NCBI RefSeq assembly: GCF_009914755.1
Contig: NC_060933.1
Source: the human T2T-CHM13v2.0 reference genome, Homo sapiens
Reading direction: 5' to 3' (one strand)
DNA: 64,000 bases
Part shown: in pieces, positions 11,301 through 26,299 of the stretch
Layout: the number at the start of each line of letters is the position of its first letter
How positions within the stretch are numbered: the stretch's first letter is position 1
The notes under the pieces: generated by a model
Told to the model about the DNA's origin: nothing
The model's input: only the letters and a program-made list of their open reading frames with translations
Database searches by the model: none
Program-made: the position numbers and the translations under genes

Positions 11301-14300
11301 TCTATTCAATTCCCTTACACTCCATTACATTCCATTCCATTCGGGTAGTTTCCATTCCATTCCATTCCATTCCTCTCCATTCCATTGCACTCGGGTTGAT
11401 TCCATTCCATTGCATTCCATTCCATTCCATTCAATTCCATTCCGTTCCATTCCATTCCATTACATTCGGATTGATTCTATTCAACTCCCTTACTCTCCAT
11501 TACATTCCATTCCATTCGGGCTGTTCCATTCCATTCCATTCCATTCCACTCCATTCCATTGCACTCGGGTTTATTCCATTCCATTCCATTCCATTCCATT
11601 CCATTCCATTCCATTCCATTCAGGAAGATTCCATTCCTTGCATTCCATTCCATTTCATCCCCTGCACTCTCGTTGATTCCATTCCATTCCATTCCATTCC
11701 ATTCCATTCCATTCCATTCCATTCCTTTCCGTTCCATTCCATTCCATTCCATTCCATTCCGTTCCGTTCCGTTCCGTTCCATTCCATTCCATTCCATTCT
11801 ATTCGGGTTAATTCAATTCCATTCCATTCTATTGCAATGGTGTTGATTCCATTCCATTCCATTCCATTCCATTCCATTCCATTCCTTTCCATTCCATTAC
11901 GGATGATTCCATTTCATTGCATTCCATTCCATTCCATTCCCCTGTACTCGGGTTGATTCCATTCCATTGCATTCCAATCCATGCCCTTCCACTCGTGGTG
12001 ATTCCATTCTTTCCATTCCATTCAAGTTGAATCCATTCCATTGCATTCCATTCCATTCGATTCCATTCGATTGCACTCACGTTGATTCCATTCCATTGCA
12101 TTCCATTCCATTCAATTCCATTCCATTCCATTCCGTTCCGTTCCATTCCATTCCATTACATTCGGATTGATTCTATTCAATTCCCTTACACTCCATTACA
12201 TTCCATTCCATTCGGGTAGTTTCCATTCCATTCCATTCCATTCCTCTCCATTCCATTGCACTCGGGATGATTCCATTCCATTGCATTCCATTCCATTCCA
12301 TTCAATTCCATTCCTTTCCATTCCATTCCATTACATTCGGATTGATTCTATTCAACTCCCTTACTCTCTGTTACATTCCATTCCATTCGGGTTGTTCCAT
12401 TCCATTCCATTCCATTCCACTCCATTCCATTGCACTCGGGTTTATTCCATTCCATTCCATTCCATTCCATTCCATTCCATTCCATTCCGTTCCGTTCCGT
12501 TCCGTTCCGTTCCGTTCCGTTCCATTTCATTCCATTCCATTCCATTCTATTCGGGTTAATTCCATTCCATTCCATTCCATTCCATTCCATTCCAATCGAG
12601 TTGATTCCATTCCATTCCATTCCATTCCATTCCACTCCATTCCAGTCCTTTCCATTCCATTCCACTCGGGTTGATTCCAATGTATTCCTTTCCATTCCAT
12701 TCCATTCCATTGCAATCGAGTTGATTCCATTGCTTTGCATTCCATTCCGGATGATTCCATTCCATTGCATTCCATTCCATTCCATTCCCCTGCACTCGGG
12801 TTGATTCCATTCCATTCCACTCCATTCCGTTCCATTCCATTCCATTCCATTGTATTCGGGTTAATTCCATTCCATTCCATTCCATTCCATTCCATTCCAT
12901 TCCATCACAATCAAGTTGGTTCCATTCCATTCCATTCCATTCCATTCCATTCCGGATGATTCCATTCCATTACATTCCGTTCCATTACATTCCCCTGCAC
13001 TCAGGTTGATTGCATTCCATTCCATTCCATTCCATTCGATTCCACTCCATTCCAATTCTTTCCATTCCATTCTATTCCGTACCATTCCATTCCATTCCAT
13101 ACCATTCCATTCCATTCCATTCCATTCCATTCCATTCCGTTCCGTTCCGTTCCGTTCCGTTCCATTCCATTCCATTCCATTTTATTCGGGTTAATTCCAT
13201 TCCATTCCATTCCATTCCATTCTATTCCATTCCATTGCAATCGAGATGAATCCATTGCATTCAATTCCATTCCATTCCATTCCATTGCAATCGAGTTGAA
13301 TCCATTGCATTCCATTCCATTCCATTCCGGAAGATTCCATTCCATTGCATTCCATTCCATTCCATTCCCCTGCACTCGCGTTGATTCCATTCCATTCCAT
13401 TCCATTCCGTTCCGTTCCGTTCCGTTCCATTCCATTCCATTCCATTCCGTTCCGTTCCGTTCCGTTCCATTCCATTCCATTCTATTCGGGTTAATTCCAT
13501 TCCATTCCATTCGATTGCAATCGAGTTGATTCCATTCCATTCCATTCCATTCCATTCCATTCCATTCCATTCCATTCCTTTCCATTCCATTAAGGATGAT
13601 TCCATTCCACTGCATTACATTCCATTCCATTCCCCTGTACTCCGGTTGATTCCATTCCATTCCATTCCATTCCATTCCATTCTATTCCATTCCATTTCAT
13701 TCCATTCCGTAAGATTCCATTCCATTCCATTCCATTCCATTCCATTCCCCTGCACTCGCGTTGATTCCATTCCATTCCATTCCATTCCATTCCATTCCAT
13801 TCCGATCCGTTCCATTACATTCCATTCCATTCCATTCCGTTCCGTTCCATTCCATTCCATTCCATTCCATTCTATTTGGGTTAATTCCATTCCATTCCAT
13901 TCGATTGCAATCGAGTTGATTCCATTCCATTCCATTCCAAACCATGCCATTCCACTCGTTATGATTCCATTCTTTCCATTCCATTCAAGTTGAATCCATT
14001 CCATTGCATTCCATTCCATTCGATTCCATTCGATTGCACTCGGGTTGATTCCATGGCATTGCATTCCATTCCATTCTATTCCATTCCATTCCTTTCCATT
14101 CCATTCCATTCCATTCCATTCGGATTCATTCTATTCAATTCCCTTACACTCCATTACATTCCATTCCATTCGTGTAGTTTCCATTCCATTCCATTCCATT
14201 CCTCTCCATTCCATTGCACTCGGGTTGATTCCATTCCATTCCATTCCATTCCATTCCATTCCATTCCATTCCATTCCATTCCGGATTATTCCATTCCATT

Positions 14301-17300
14301 GAATTCCATTGCATTCCATTCCCCTGCACTTGGGTTGATTCCATTCCATTCCATTCCATTCCTTTCTTTTCCATTCCATTCCATTCCATTCCATTCTTTC
14401 GTGTTAATTCCATTCCGTTCTATTCCATTCCATTCAATTGAAATCGAGTTGATTCCATTCCATTCCATTCCATTCCATTCCATTCCATTCCGGATGATTC
14501 CATTCCATTGCATTCCATTCCATTCCATTCCCCTGCACTCGGGTTGATTCCATTCCATTCCATTCCATTCCATTCCATTCCATTCCGTTCCATTTCATTC
14601 TATTCGGGTTAATTCCATTCCATTCCATTCCACTCCATTCCAGTCCTTTCCATTCCATTCCACTCGGGTTGATTCCATTCTATTCCTTTCAATTCCATTC
14701 CATTCCATTGCAATCGAGTTGATTCCATTCGAGTTGAATCCATTCCATTCCATTCCATTCCATTCCATTCCATTGCACACAGGTTCATTCCATTCCATTC
14801 CATTCCATTCCATTCCATTCCATTCCATTCCATATCATTCCATTCCATTCTATTCCGTACCATTCCATTCCATCCCATTCCATTCCGTTCCATTCCATGC
14901 CATTACACTCGGGTTGATTCCATTCCTTTCCATTCCATTCTTGTTGAATCCATTCCATTCCATTCCATTCCATTCTAATCCATTCCATTGCACTCGGGTT
15001 GATTCCATTCCATTCCATTGCATTCCATTTCATTCCATTCCATTCCATTACATTCGGATTGATTCTATTCAATTCCCTTACACTCCATTACATTCCATTA
15101 CATTCGGGATGTTTCCATTCCATTCCATTCCATTCCACTCCATTCCATTGCATCAGGTTGATTGCATTCCATTCCATTCCATTCCATTCCGGATGATTCC
15201 ATTCCATTGCATTCCATTCCATTCCATTCCCCTGCACTCGGGTTGATTCCATTCCATTCCATTCCATTCCATTACATTCCATTCCATTCTGTTCCGTTCC
15301 ATTCCATTCCATTCCATTCTATTCCGGTTAATTCCATTCCATTCCATTTTATTCCATTCCATTCCATTCCATTCCATTGCAATCGAGTTGATTCCATTCC
15401 ATTCCATTCCATTCCGTTCCGGATGATTCCATTCCATTCCATTCCATTTCATTCCATTCCCCTGCACTCGGGTTGATTCCATTCCATTCCATTCCATTCC
15501 ATTCCATTCCGTTCCATTCCATTCCATTCCATTCTATTCGGGTTAATTCCATTCCATTCCATTCCATTCCATTCCATTCCAATCGATTTGATTCCATTCC
15601 ATTCCATTCCATTCCATTCCATTCCACTCCATTCCAGTCCTTTCCATTCCATTACGCTCGGGTTGATTCCATTCTATTCCTTTCCATTCCATTCCATTCC
15701 ATTGCAATCGAGTTGATTCCATTGCTTTGCATTCCATTCCATTCCATTCCATTCCGGATGATTCCATTCCATTGCATTCCTTTCCATTCCATTCCCCTGC
15801 ACTCGGGTTGATTCCATTCCATTCCACTCCATTCCGTTCCATTCCATTCCATTCCATTGTATTCGGGTTAATTCCATTCCATTCCATTCCATTCCATTCC
15901 ATTCCATTACAATCGAGTTGATTCCATGCCATTCCATTCCATTCCATTCCATTCCAGTCCTTTCCATTCCATTCCATACGGGTTGATTCCATTCTATTAG
16001 TTTCCATTCCATTCCATTCCCTTCCATTCCACTCTGGTTGATTCCATTCCTTTCCATTCTACTCGAATACATTCCCTCCTATTCCACTCGGAACGATTCC
16101 ATTCCATTCCATTCCATTCCATTCCATTCCATTCCATTCCATTCCATTCCAGTTCGTTCCATTCCGTTCTATTCCGTACCATTCCATTCCATTCCATTCC
16201 TTTCCATTCCATTCCTTTCCACTACTGTTGATTCCATTCTTTCCATTCCATTCGGTTTGAAGGCATTCCATTCCATTCAATTCCATTAAATTCCATTCCA
16301 TTCCATTCCATTCTATTCCATTCCATTGCAATCAATTTGAATCCATTGCTTTTCATTCCATTCCATTCCATTCCGGAAGATTCCATTCCATTGCATTCCA
16401 TTCCATTCCATTCCCCTGCACTCGCGTTGATTCCATTCCATTCCATTCCATTCCATTCCTTTCCGTTCCATTCTATTCCATTCCATTCCATTCCGTTCCG
16501 TTCCATTCCATTCCATTCTATTCGGTTTAATTCCATTCCATTCCATTCGATTGCCATCGAGTTGATTCCATTCCCTTCCATTCCATTCCATTCCATTCCT
16601 TTCCATTCCACTACGGATGACTCCATTCCATTGCATTCCATTCCATTCCATTCTCCTTTACTCGGGTTGATTCCATTCCATTCCATTCCACTCCATTTGG
16701 TTCCGTTGCATTCCATTCTATTGCATTCCATTCTATTCGGGTTAATTCCATTCCATTCTATTCCATTCCATTCCATTCCATTCCATTGCAATGGAGTTGA
16801 TTCTATTCCATTCCATTCCATTCCGGATGATTCCATTCCATTGCATTCCATTCCATTCCATTCCCCTGCACTCGTGTTGATTCCATTCCCTTCCATTCCA
16901 TTCCATTCCGTTCCATTCCATTCCATTCCATTCTATTCCGGTTAATTCCATTCCATTCCATTCCATTCCATTCCATTCCATTGCAATCGAGTTGATTCCA
17001 TTCCATTCCTTTCCATTCCATTCCATTGCCTTGCATTCCACTCGGGTTGATTCCATTCCCTTCTTTCCACTCCATTACATTCCCTTCCATGATTGATTCC
17101 ATTCCATTCCATTCCATTTCATTCCATTGCAATCCATTCCAATCCATTCCATTCCATTCCATTCCACTCGAGTTGACTTCATTCCATTCCTTTCCATTCC
17201 ATTCCATTCCTTTCCACTCGAGTTGATTCCATTCCATTCCAATCCATTGCATTCCATTCCATGCCATTACACTCGGGTTGATTCCATTCCTTTGCATTCC

Positions 17301-19389
17301 ATTCCATTCCATTCCATTCCATTCCATTCCATTCCATTCCGTTGCATTCCATTCCATTACATTCGGATTGATTCTATTCAACTCCCTTACTCTCCATTAC
17401 ATTCCATTACATTCGGGTTGTTCCATTCCATTTCATTCCATTCCACTCCATTCCATTGCACTCGGGTTGATTCCATTCCATTCCATTCCATTCCATTCCA
17501 TTCCATTCCGGATGATTCCATTCCATTGCATTCCGTTCCATTACATTCCCCTGCACTCGCGTTGATTCCATTCCATTCCATTCCATTCCATTCAATTCCA
17601 TTCCATTACATTCCCCTGCACTCGCGTTGATTCCATTCCATTCCATTCCATTCAATTCCATTCCATTACAATTCGTTCCATTCCATTCTATTCCGTACCA
17701 TTCCATTCCATTCCATACCATTCCATTCCATTCCATTCCATTCCATTCCATTCCGTTGCATTCCTTTCCATTCCATTCCATTCCATTCCATTCTATTCGG
17801 GTTAATCCCATTCCATTCCATTCCATTCCATTCTATTCCATTCCATTGCAATCGTGTTGAATCCATTGCATTTCATTCCATTCCATTCCATTCCATTCCA
17901 TTCCATTCCATTCCATTCCGGAAGATTCCATTCCATTGCATTGCATTCCATGCCATTCCCCTGCACTCGCGTTGATTCCATTCCATTCCATTCCATTCCA
18001 TTCCATTCCATTCCGTTCCGTTCCGTTCCATTCCATTCCATTCCATTCCATTCCATTCCGTTCCGTTCCATTCCATTCCATTCCATTCTATTCGGGTTAA
18101 TTCCATTCCATTCCATTCGATTGCAATCGTGTTGATTCCATTCCATTCCAATCCATTCCATTCCATTCCATTCCATTTCATTCCTTTCCATTCCATTACG
18201 GATGATTCCATTCCATTGCATTCCATTCCGTTCCATTCCCCTGTACTCGAGTTGATTCCATTCCATTGCATTCCAATCCATGCCCTTCCACTCGTGTTGA
18301 TTCCATTCTTTCCATTCCATTCAAGTTGAATCCATTTCATTGCATTCCATTCCATTCGATTCCATTCGATTGCACTCGGGTTGATTCCATTCCATTGCAT
18401 TCCATTCCATTCCATTCCATTCCATTCCATTCCATTCCATTCCGTTCCATTCCATTCCATTACATTCGGATTGACTCTATTCAATTCCCTTACACTCCAT
18501 TACATTCCATTCCATTCGGGTAGTTTGCATTCCATTCCATTCCATTCCTCTCCATTCCATTGCACTCGGGTTGATTCCATTCCATTGCATTCCATTCCAT
18601 TCCATTCAATTCCATTCCGTTCCTTTCCATTCCATTACATTCGGATTGACTCTATTCAACTCCCTTACTCTCCATTACATTCCATTCCATTCGGGTTGTT
18701 CCATTCCATTCCATTCCATTCCACTCCATTCCATTGCACTCGGGTTTATTCCATTCCATTCCATTCCATTCCATTCCATTCCATTCCATTCCTTTCCGTT
18801 CCAATCCATTCCATTCCATTCCATTCCATTCCATTCCGTTCCGTTCCGTTCCGTTCCGTTCCATTCCATTCCATTCCATTCTATTCGGGTTAATTCCATT
18901 CAATTCCATTCGATTGCAATCGAGTTGATTCCATGGCATTGCATTCCATTCCATTCCTTTCCATTCCATTCCATTCCATTCCATTCCTTTCCATTCCATT
19001 CCATTCCATTCCATTCCTTTCCATTACATTCCATTCCATTCCATTCGGATTCATTCTTTTCAATTCCCTTACACTCCATTTCATTCCATTCCATTCGTGT
19101 AGTTTCCATTCCATTCCATTCCATTCCTCTCCATTCCATTGCACTCGGGATGTTTCCATTCCATTCCATTCCATTCCATTCCATTCCGGATTATTCCATT
19201 CCATTGAATTCCATTGCATTCCATTCCCCTGCACTTGGGTTGATTCCATTCCATTCCATTACATTCCTTTCTTTTCCATTCCATTCCATTCTTTCGTGTT
19301 AATTCCATTCCATTCTATTCCATTCCATTCCATTGAAATCGAGTTGATTCCATTCCATTCCATTCCATTCCATTCCATTCCATTCCATT

Positions 19390-22300
19390 CCGGATGATTC
19401 CATTCCATTCCATTCCGTTCCATTCCATTCCATTGTACTCAGGTTGATTCCATTCCATTGCATTCCATTCCATTCCATTCCATTTCATTCCGTTTCATTC
19501 CATTCCATTACATTCGGATTGATTCTATTCAATTCCCTTACTCTCCTTTACATTCTATTCCATTCGGGTTGTTCCATTCCATTCCATTCCATTCCACTCC
19601 ATTCCTTTGCACTCGGGTTGATTCCATTCCATTCCATTCCATTCCATTCCATTCCGGATGATTCCATTCCATTGCATTCCGTTCCATTACATTCCCCTGC
19701 ACTCGCGTTGATTCCATTCCATTCCATTCAATTCCATTCCATTACAATTCGTTCCATTCCATTCTATTCCGTACCATTCCATTCCATTCCATACCATTCC
19801 ATTGCATTCCATTCCATTCCATTCCTTTCCATTCCGTTCCATTGCATTCTATTCGGGTTAATTCCATTCCATTCCATTCCATTCCATTCTATTCCATTCC
19901 ATTGCAATCGAGTTGAATCCATTGCATTTCATTCCATTCCATTCCATTCCATTCCATTCCGGAAGATTCCATTCCATTGCATTCCATTCCATTCCATTCC
20001 CCTGCACTCGCGTTGATTCCATTCCATTCCATTCCATTCCATTCCATTCCATTCCGTTCCGTTCCATTCCATTCCATTCCATTCCATTCCATTCCGTTCC
20101 GTTCCATTCCATTCCATTCCATTCTAGTCGGGTTAATTCCATTCCATTCCATTCGATTGCAATCGTGTTGATTCCATTCCATTCCATTCCATTCCATTCC
20201 ATTCCATTCCATTCCATTCCATTCCTTTCCATTCCATTACGGATGATTCCATTTCATTGCATTCCATTCCATTCCATTCCCCTGTACTCGGGTTGATTCC
20301 ATTCCATTGCATTCCAATCCATGCCCTTCCACTCTTGTTGATTCCATTCATTCCATTCCATTCAAGTTGAATCCATTCCATTGCATTCCATTCCATTCGA
20401 TTCCATTCGATTGCACTCGGGTTGATTCCATTCCATTGCATTCCATTCCTTTCCATTCCTTTCCATTCCATTCCATTCCATTCCGTTCCATTCCATTCCA
20501 TTACATTCGGATTGATTCTATTCAATTCCCTTACACTCCATTACATTCCATTCCATTCGGGTAGTTTCCATTCCATTCCATTTCATTCCTCTCCATTCCA
20601 TTGCACTCGGGTTGATTCCATTCCATTGCATTCCATTCCATTCCATTCAATTCCATTCCGTTCCATTCCATTCCATTACATTCGGATTGATTCTATTCAA
20701 CTCCCTTACTCTTCATTACATTCCATTCCATTTGGGTTGTTCCATTCCATTCCATTCCATTCCACTCCATTCCATTGCACTCGGGTTTATTCAATTCCAT
20801 TCCATTTCATTCCATTCCATTCCATTCCAATCCGGAAGATTCCATTCCATTGCATTCCATTCCGATCCATTCCCCTGCACTCGCGTTCATTCCATTCCAT
20901 TCCATTAAATTCCATTCCATTCCATTCCATTCCTTTCCGTTCCATTCCATTCCTTTCCATTCGATTGCAATGGAGTTGATTCCATTCCATTCCATTCCAT
21001 TCCATTCCATTCCATTCCATTCCTTTCCATTCCATTACGGATGATTCCATTCCATTGCATTACATTCCATTCCATTCCCCTGTACTCGGGTTGATTCGTT
21101 TCCTTTCCATTCCATTCCATTCTATTCCATTCCATTCCATTCCATTCCGGAAGTTTCCATTCCATTGCATTCCATTCCATTCCATTCCCCTGCACTCGCG
21201 TTGATTCCATTCCATTCCATTCCATTCCATTCCATTCCATTCCATTCCGATCCGTTCCATTCCATTCCATTCCATTCCATTCCATTCCGTTCCGTTCCAT
21301 TCCATTCCATTCCATTCCATTCTATTCGGGTTAATTCCATTCCATTCCATTGAATTGCAATCGAGTTGATTCCATTCCATTCCATTCCATTCCATTCCAT
21401 TCCATTCCATTCCTTTCCATTACATTACGGGTGTTTCCATTCCATTTCATTCCATTCCATTCCATTCCCCTGTACTCGGGTTGATTCTATTCCATTCCAT
21501 TCCAATCCATGCCATTCCACTCGTGTTGATTCCATTCTTTCCATTCCATTCAAGTTGAATCCATTCCGTTGCATTCCATTCCATTCGATTCCATTCGATT
21601 GCACTCGGGTTGATTCCATGGCATTGCTTTCCATTCCATTCCATTCCATTCCATTCGGATTCATTCTATTCAATTCCCTTACACTCCATTACATTCCAAT
21701 CCATTCGTGTAGTTTCCATTCCATTCCATTCCATTCCTCTCCATTCCATTGCACTCGGGTTGATTCCATTCCATTCCATTCCATTCCATTCCATTCCATT
21801 CCATTCCGGATGATTCCATTCCATTGAATTCCATTCCATTCCATTCCCCTGCACTTGGGTTGATTCCATTCCATTCCATTCCATTCCTTTCTGTTCCATT
21901 GCATTCCATTCCATTCCATTCTACTCGTGTTAATTCCGTTCCATTCTATTCCATTCCATTCCATTGAAATCGAGTTGATTCCATTCCATTCAATTCCATT
22001 CCATTCCATTCCATTACATTCCATTCCATTCGGGATGATTCCATTCCATTGCATTCCATTCCATTCCATTCCCCTGCACTCGGGTTGATTCCATTCCGTT
22101 CCATTCCATTACATTCCATTCCATTCCGTTCCATTTCATTCTATTCGGGTTAATTCCATTCCATTCCATTCCACTCCATTCCAGTCCTTTCCATTCCATT
22201 CCACTCGGGTTGATTCCATTCTATTCCTTTCCATTCCATTCCATTCCAGTGCAATCGAGTTGATTCCATTGCTTTTCATTCCATTCCATTCCATTCCATT

Positions 22301-25300
22301 CCGGATGATTCCATTCCATTGCATTCCATTCCATTCCATTCCCCTGCACTCGGGTTGATTCCATTCCATTCCACTCCATTCCGTTCCATTCCATTCCATT
22401 CCATTGTATTCGGGTTAATTCCATTCCATTCCATTCCATTCCATTCCATTCCATTCCATTCCATTCCATTACAATCGAGTTGATTCCATTCCATTCCATT
22501 CCATTTCATTCCATTCCAGTCCTTTCCATTCCATTCCACTCGGGTTGATTCCATTCTATTAGTTTCCATTCCATTCCATTCCCTTCCATTCCACTCTGGT
22601 TGATTCCATTCCTTTCCATTCCACTCGAATACATTCCCTCCTATTCCACTCGGAACGATTCCATTCCATTCCATTCCATTCCATTCCATTCCATTCCATT
22701 CCATTCCAGTTCGTTCAATTCCATTCTACTCCGTACCATTCCATTCCATTCCATTCCTTTCCATTCCATTCCTTTCCACTCGTGTTGATTCCATTCCTTT
22801 CCATTCCATTCGGTTTGAAGGCATTCCATTCCATTCCATTCCATTCCATTCCATTCCATTCTATTCCATTCCATTGCAATCGAGTTTAATCCATTGCCTT
22901 TCATTCCATTCCATTCCATTCCATTCCATTCCATTCCGGAAGATTCCATTCCATTACATTCCATTCCATTCCATTCCCCTGCACTCGCGTTGATTCCATT
23001 CCATTCCATTCCATTCCATTCCGTTCCGTTCCATTCCATTCCATTCCATACCATTCCTTTCCGTTCCGTTCCGTTCCATTCCATTCCATTCCATTCTATT
23101 CGGGTTAATTGCATTCCATTCTATTCGATTGCCATCGAGTTGATTCCATTCCATTCCATTCCATTCCATTCCATTCCATTCCATTCCATTCCTTTCCATT
23201 CCATTACGGATCACTCCATTCCACTGCATTCCATTCCATTCCATTCCCCTGTACTCGGGTTGATTCCATTCCATTCCATTCCACTCCATTCGGTTCCGTT
23301 GCATTCCATTCTATTGCATTCCATTCTATTCGGGTTAATTCCATTCCATTCTATTCCATTCCATTCCATTCCATTCCATTGCAATGGAGTTGATTCCATT
23401 CCATTCCATTCCATTCCGGATGATTCCATTGCATTGCATTCCATTCCATTCCATTCCCCTGCACTCGTGTTGATTCCATTCCCTTCCATTCCATTCCACT
23501 CCGTTCCATTCCATTCCATTCCATTCTATTTCGGTTAATTCCATTCCATTCCATTCCATTCCATTCCATTCCATTCCATTGCAATCGAGTTGATTCCATT
23601 CCATTCCTTTCCATTCCATTCCATTGCCTTGCATTCCACTCTGGTTGATTCCATTCCCTTCTTTCCACTCCATTACATTCCCTTCCATGATTGATTCCAT
23701 TCCATTCCATTCAATTGCATTCCATTGCAATCCATTCCAATCCATTCCATTCCATTCTATTCCACTCGAGTTGACTTTATTCCATTCCTTTCCATTCCAT
23801 TCCATTCCTTTCCACTCGAGTTGATTCCATTCCATTCCAATCCATTGCATTCCATTCCATGCCATTCCACTCCGGTTGATTCCATTCCTTTGCATTCCAT
23901 TCCATTCCATTCCATTCCGTTGCATTCCATTCCATTACATTCGCATTGATTCTATTCAACTCCCTTACTCTTCATTACATTCCATTCCATTCGGGTTGTT
24001 CCATTCCATTCCATTCCATTCCACTCCATTCCATTGCACTCGGGTTGATTCTATTCCATTCCATTCCATTCCATTCCATTCCATTCCGGATATTTCCATT
24101 CCATTGCATTCCGTTCCATTACATTCCCCTGCACTCTCGTTGATTCCATTCCATTCCATTCCTTTCCATTCAATTCCATTCCATTACAATTCGTTCCATT
24201 CCATTCTATTCCATACCATTCCATTCCATTCCATACCATTCCATTCCATTCCATTCCGTTCCATTCCGTTCCATTCCAATCCATTCCATTCTATTCGGGT
24301 TAATCCCATTCCATTGCATTCCATTCCATTCTATTCCATTCCATTGCAATCGAGTTGAATCCATTGCGTTTCATTCCATTCCATTCCATTCCATTCCATT
24401 CCGGAAGATTCCATTCCATTGCATTCCATTCCATGCCATTCCCCTGCACTCGCTTTGATTCCATTCCATTCCATTCCATTCCATTCCATTCCATTCCGTT
24501 CCGTTCCATTCCATTCCATTCCATTCTATTCGGGTTAATTCCATTCCATTCCATTCGATTGCAATCGTGTTGATTCCATTCCATTCCATTCCATTCCATT
24601 CCATTCCATTCCATTCCATTCCTTTGCATTCCATTACGGATGATTCCATTCCATTGCATTCCATTCCATTCCATTCCCCTGTACACGGGTTGATTCCATT
24701 CCATTCCATTCCAATCCATGCCCTTCCACTCGTGTTGATTCCATTCTTTCCATTCCATTCAAGTTGAATCCATTCCATTGCATTCCATTCCATTCGATTC
24801 CATTCGATTGCACTCGGGTTGATTCCATTCTATTGCATTCCATTCCATTCCATTCCATTCCATTCCATTCCATTCCGTTCCATTCCATTCCATTACATTC
24901 GGATTGATTCTATTCAATTCCCTTACACTCCATTACATTCCATTCCATTCGGGTAGTTTCCATTCCATTCCATTCCATTCCTCTCCATTCCATTGCACTC
25001 GGGTTGATTGCATTCCATTGCATTCCATTCCATTCCATTCAATTCCATTCCGTTCCATTCCATTCCATTGCATTCGGATTGACTCTATTCAACTCCCTTA
25101 CTCTCCAATCCATTCCATTCTATTCGGCTTGTTCCATTCCATTCCATTCCATTCCACTCCATTCCATTGCACTCGGGTTTATTCCATTCCATTCCATTCC
25201 ATTCCATTCCATTCCATTCCATTCCTTTCCGGAAGATTCCATTCCATTGCATTCCATTCCATTCCATTCCCCTGCACTCGCGTTGATTCCATTCCATTCC

Positions 25301-25440
25301 ATTCCATTCCATTCCTTTCCGTTCCATTCCATTCCATTCCATTCCATTCCGTTCCGTTCCGTTCCGTTCCATTCCGTTCCGTTCCGTTCCATTCCATTCC
25401 ATTCCATTCCATTCTATTCGGGTTAATTCCATTCCATTCC
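19390..25440 (+). repeat. Mosaic duplication block D: colinear shorter counterpart of about 34050-45760
   Basis: Three colinear segments: about 19390-22225 matches 34050-36910 (offset about 14.67 kb), about 22230-23300 matches 37920-38990 (about 15.69 kb), and about 23400-25440 matches 43720-45760 (about 20.32 kb). ORF pairs 20307/34979, 23109/38795, 23624/43941 and 24904/45221. Confidence 0.82.
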
Positions 25441-26299
25441 ATTCCATTCCATTCCATTCCAATCGAGTTGATTCCATTCCATTCCATTCCATTCCATTCC
25501 ATTCCATTCCACTCCATTCCAGTCCTTTCCATTCCATTCCACTCGGGTTGATTCCAATGTATTCCTTTCCATTCCATTCCATTCCATTGCAATCGTGTTG
25601 ATTCCATTGCTTTGCATTCCATTCCATTCCATTCCATTCCGGATGATTCCATTCCATTGCATTCCATTCCATTCCATTCCCCTGCACTCGGGTTGATTCC
25701 ATTCCATTCCACTCCATTCCGTTCCATTCCATTCCATTCCATTGTATTCGGGTTAATTCCATTCCATTCCATTCCATTCCATTCCATTCCATTACAATCG
25801 AGTTGATTCCATTCCATTCCATTCCATTCCAGTCCTTTCCATTCCATTCCACTCGGGTTGATTCCATTCTATTAGTTTCCATTCCATTCCATTCCCTTCC
25901 ATTCCACTCTGGTTGATTCCATTCCTTTCCATTCCACTCGAATACATTCCCTCCTATTCCACTCGGAACGATTCCATTCCATTCCATTCCATTCCATTCC
26001 ATTCCATTTCGTTCCATTCCATTCTATTCGGTATCATTCCATTCCATTCCATTCCATTCCATTCCATTCCACTCGTGTTGATTCCATTCCTTTCCATTCC
26101 ATTCGGTTTGAAGGCATTCCACTCCATTCCATTCCATTCCATTCCATTCCATTCCATTGTACTCTGGTTGATTGCATTCCATTGCATTCCATTCCATTCC
26201 ATTTCGTTGCATTCCATTCCATTACATTCGGATTGATTCTATTCAACTCAATTACATTCCATTACATTCCATTCCATTCGTGTTGTTCCATTCCATTCC

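Noticed and set aside
16086-16100. CTCGGAACGATTCC as an additional HSE
   Set aside because: GAA and TTC are 3 nt apart rather than 2, and there is no correctly spaced upstream TTC.
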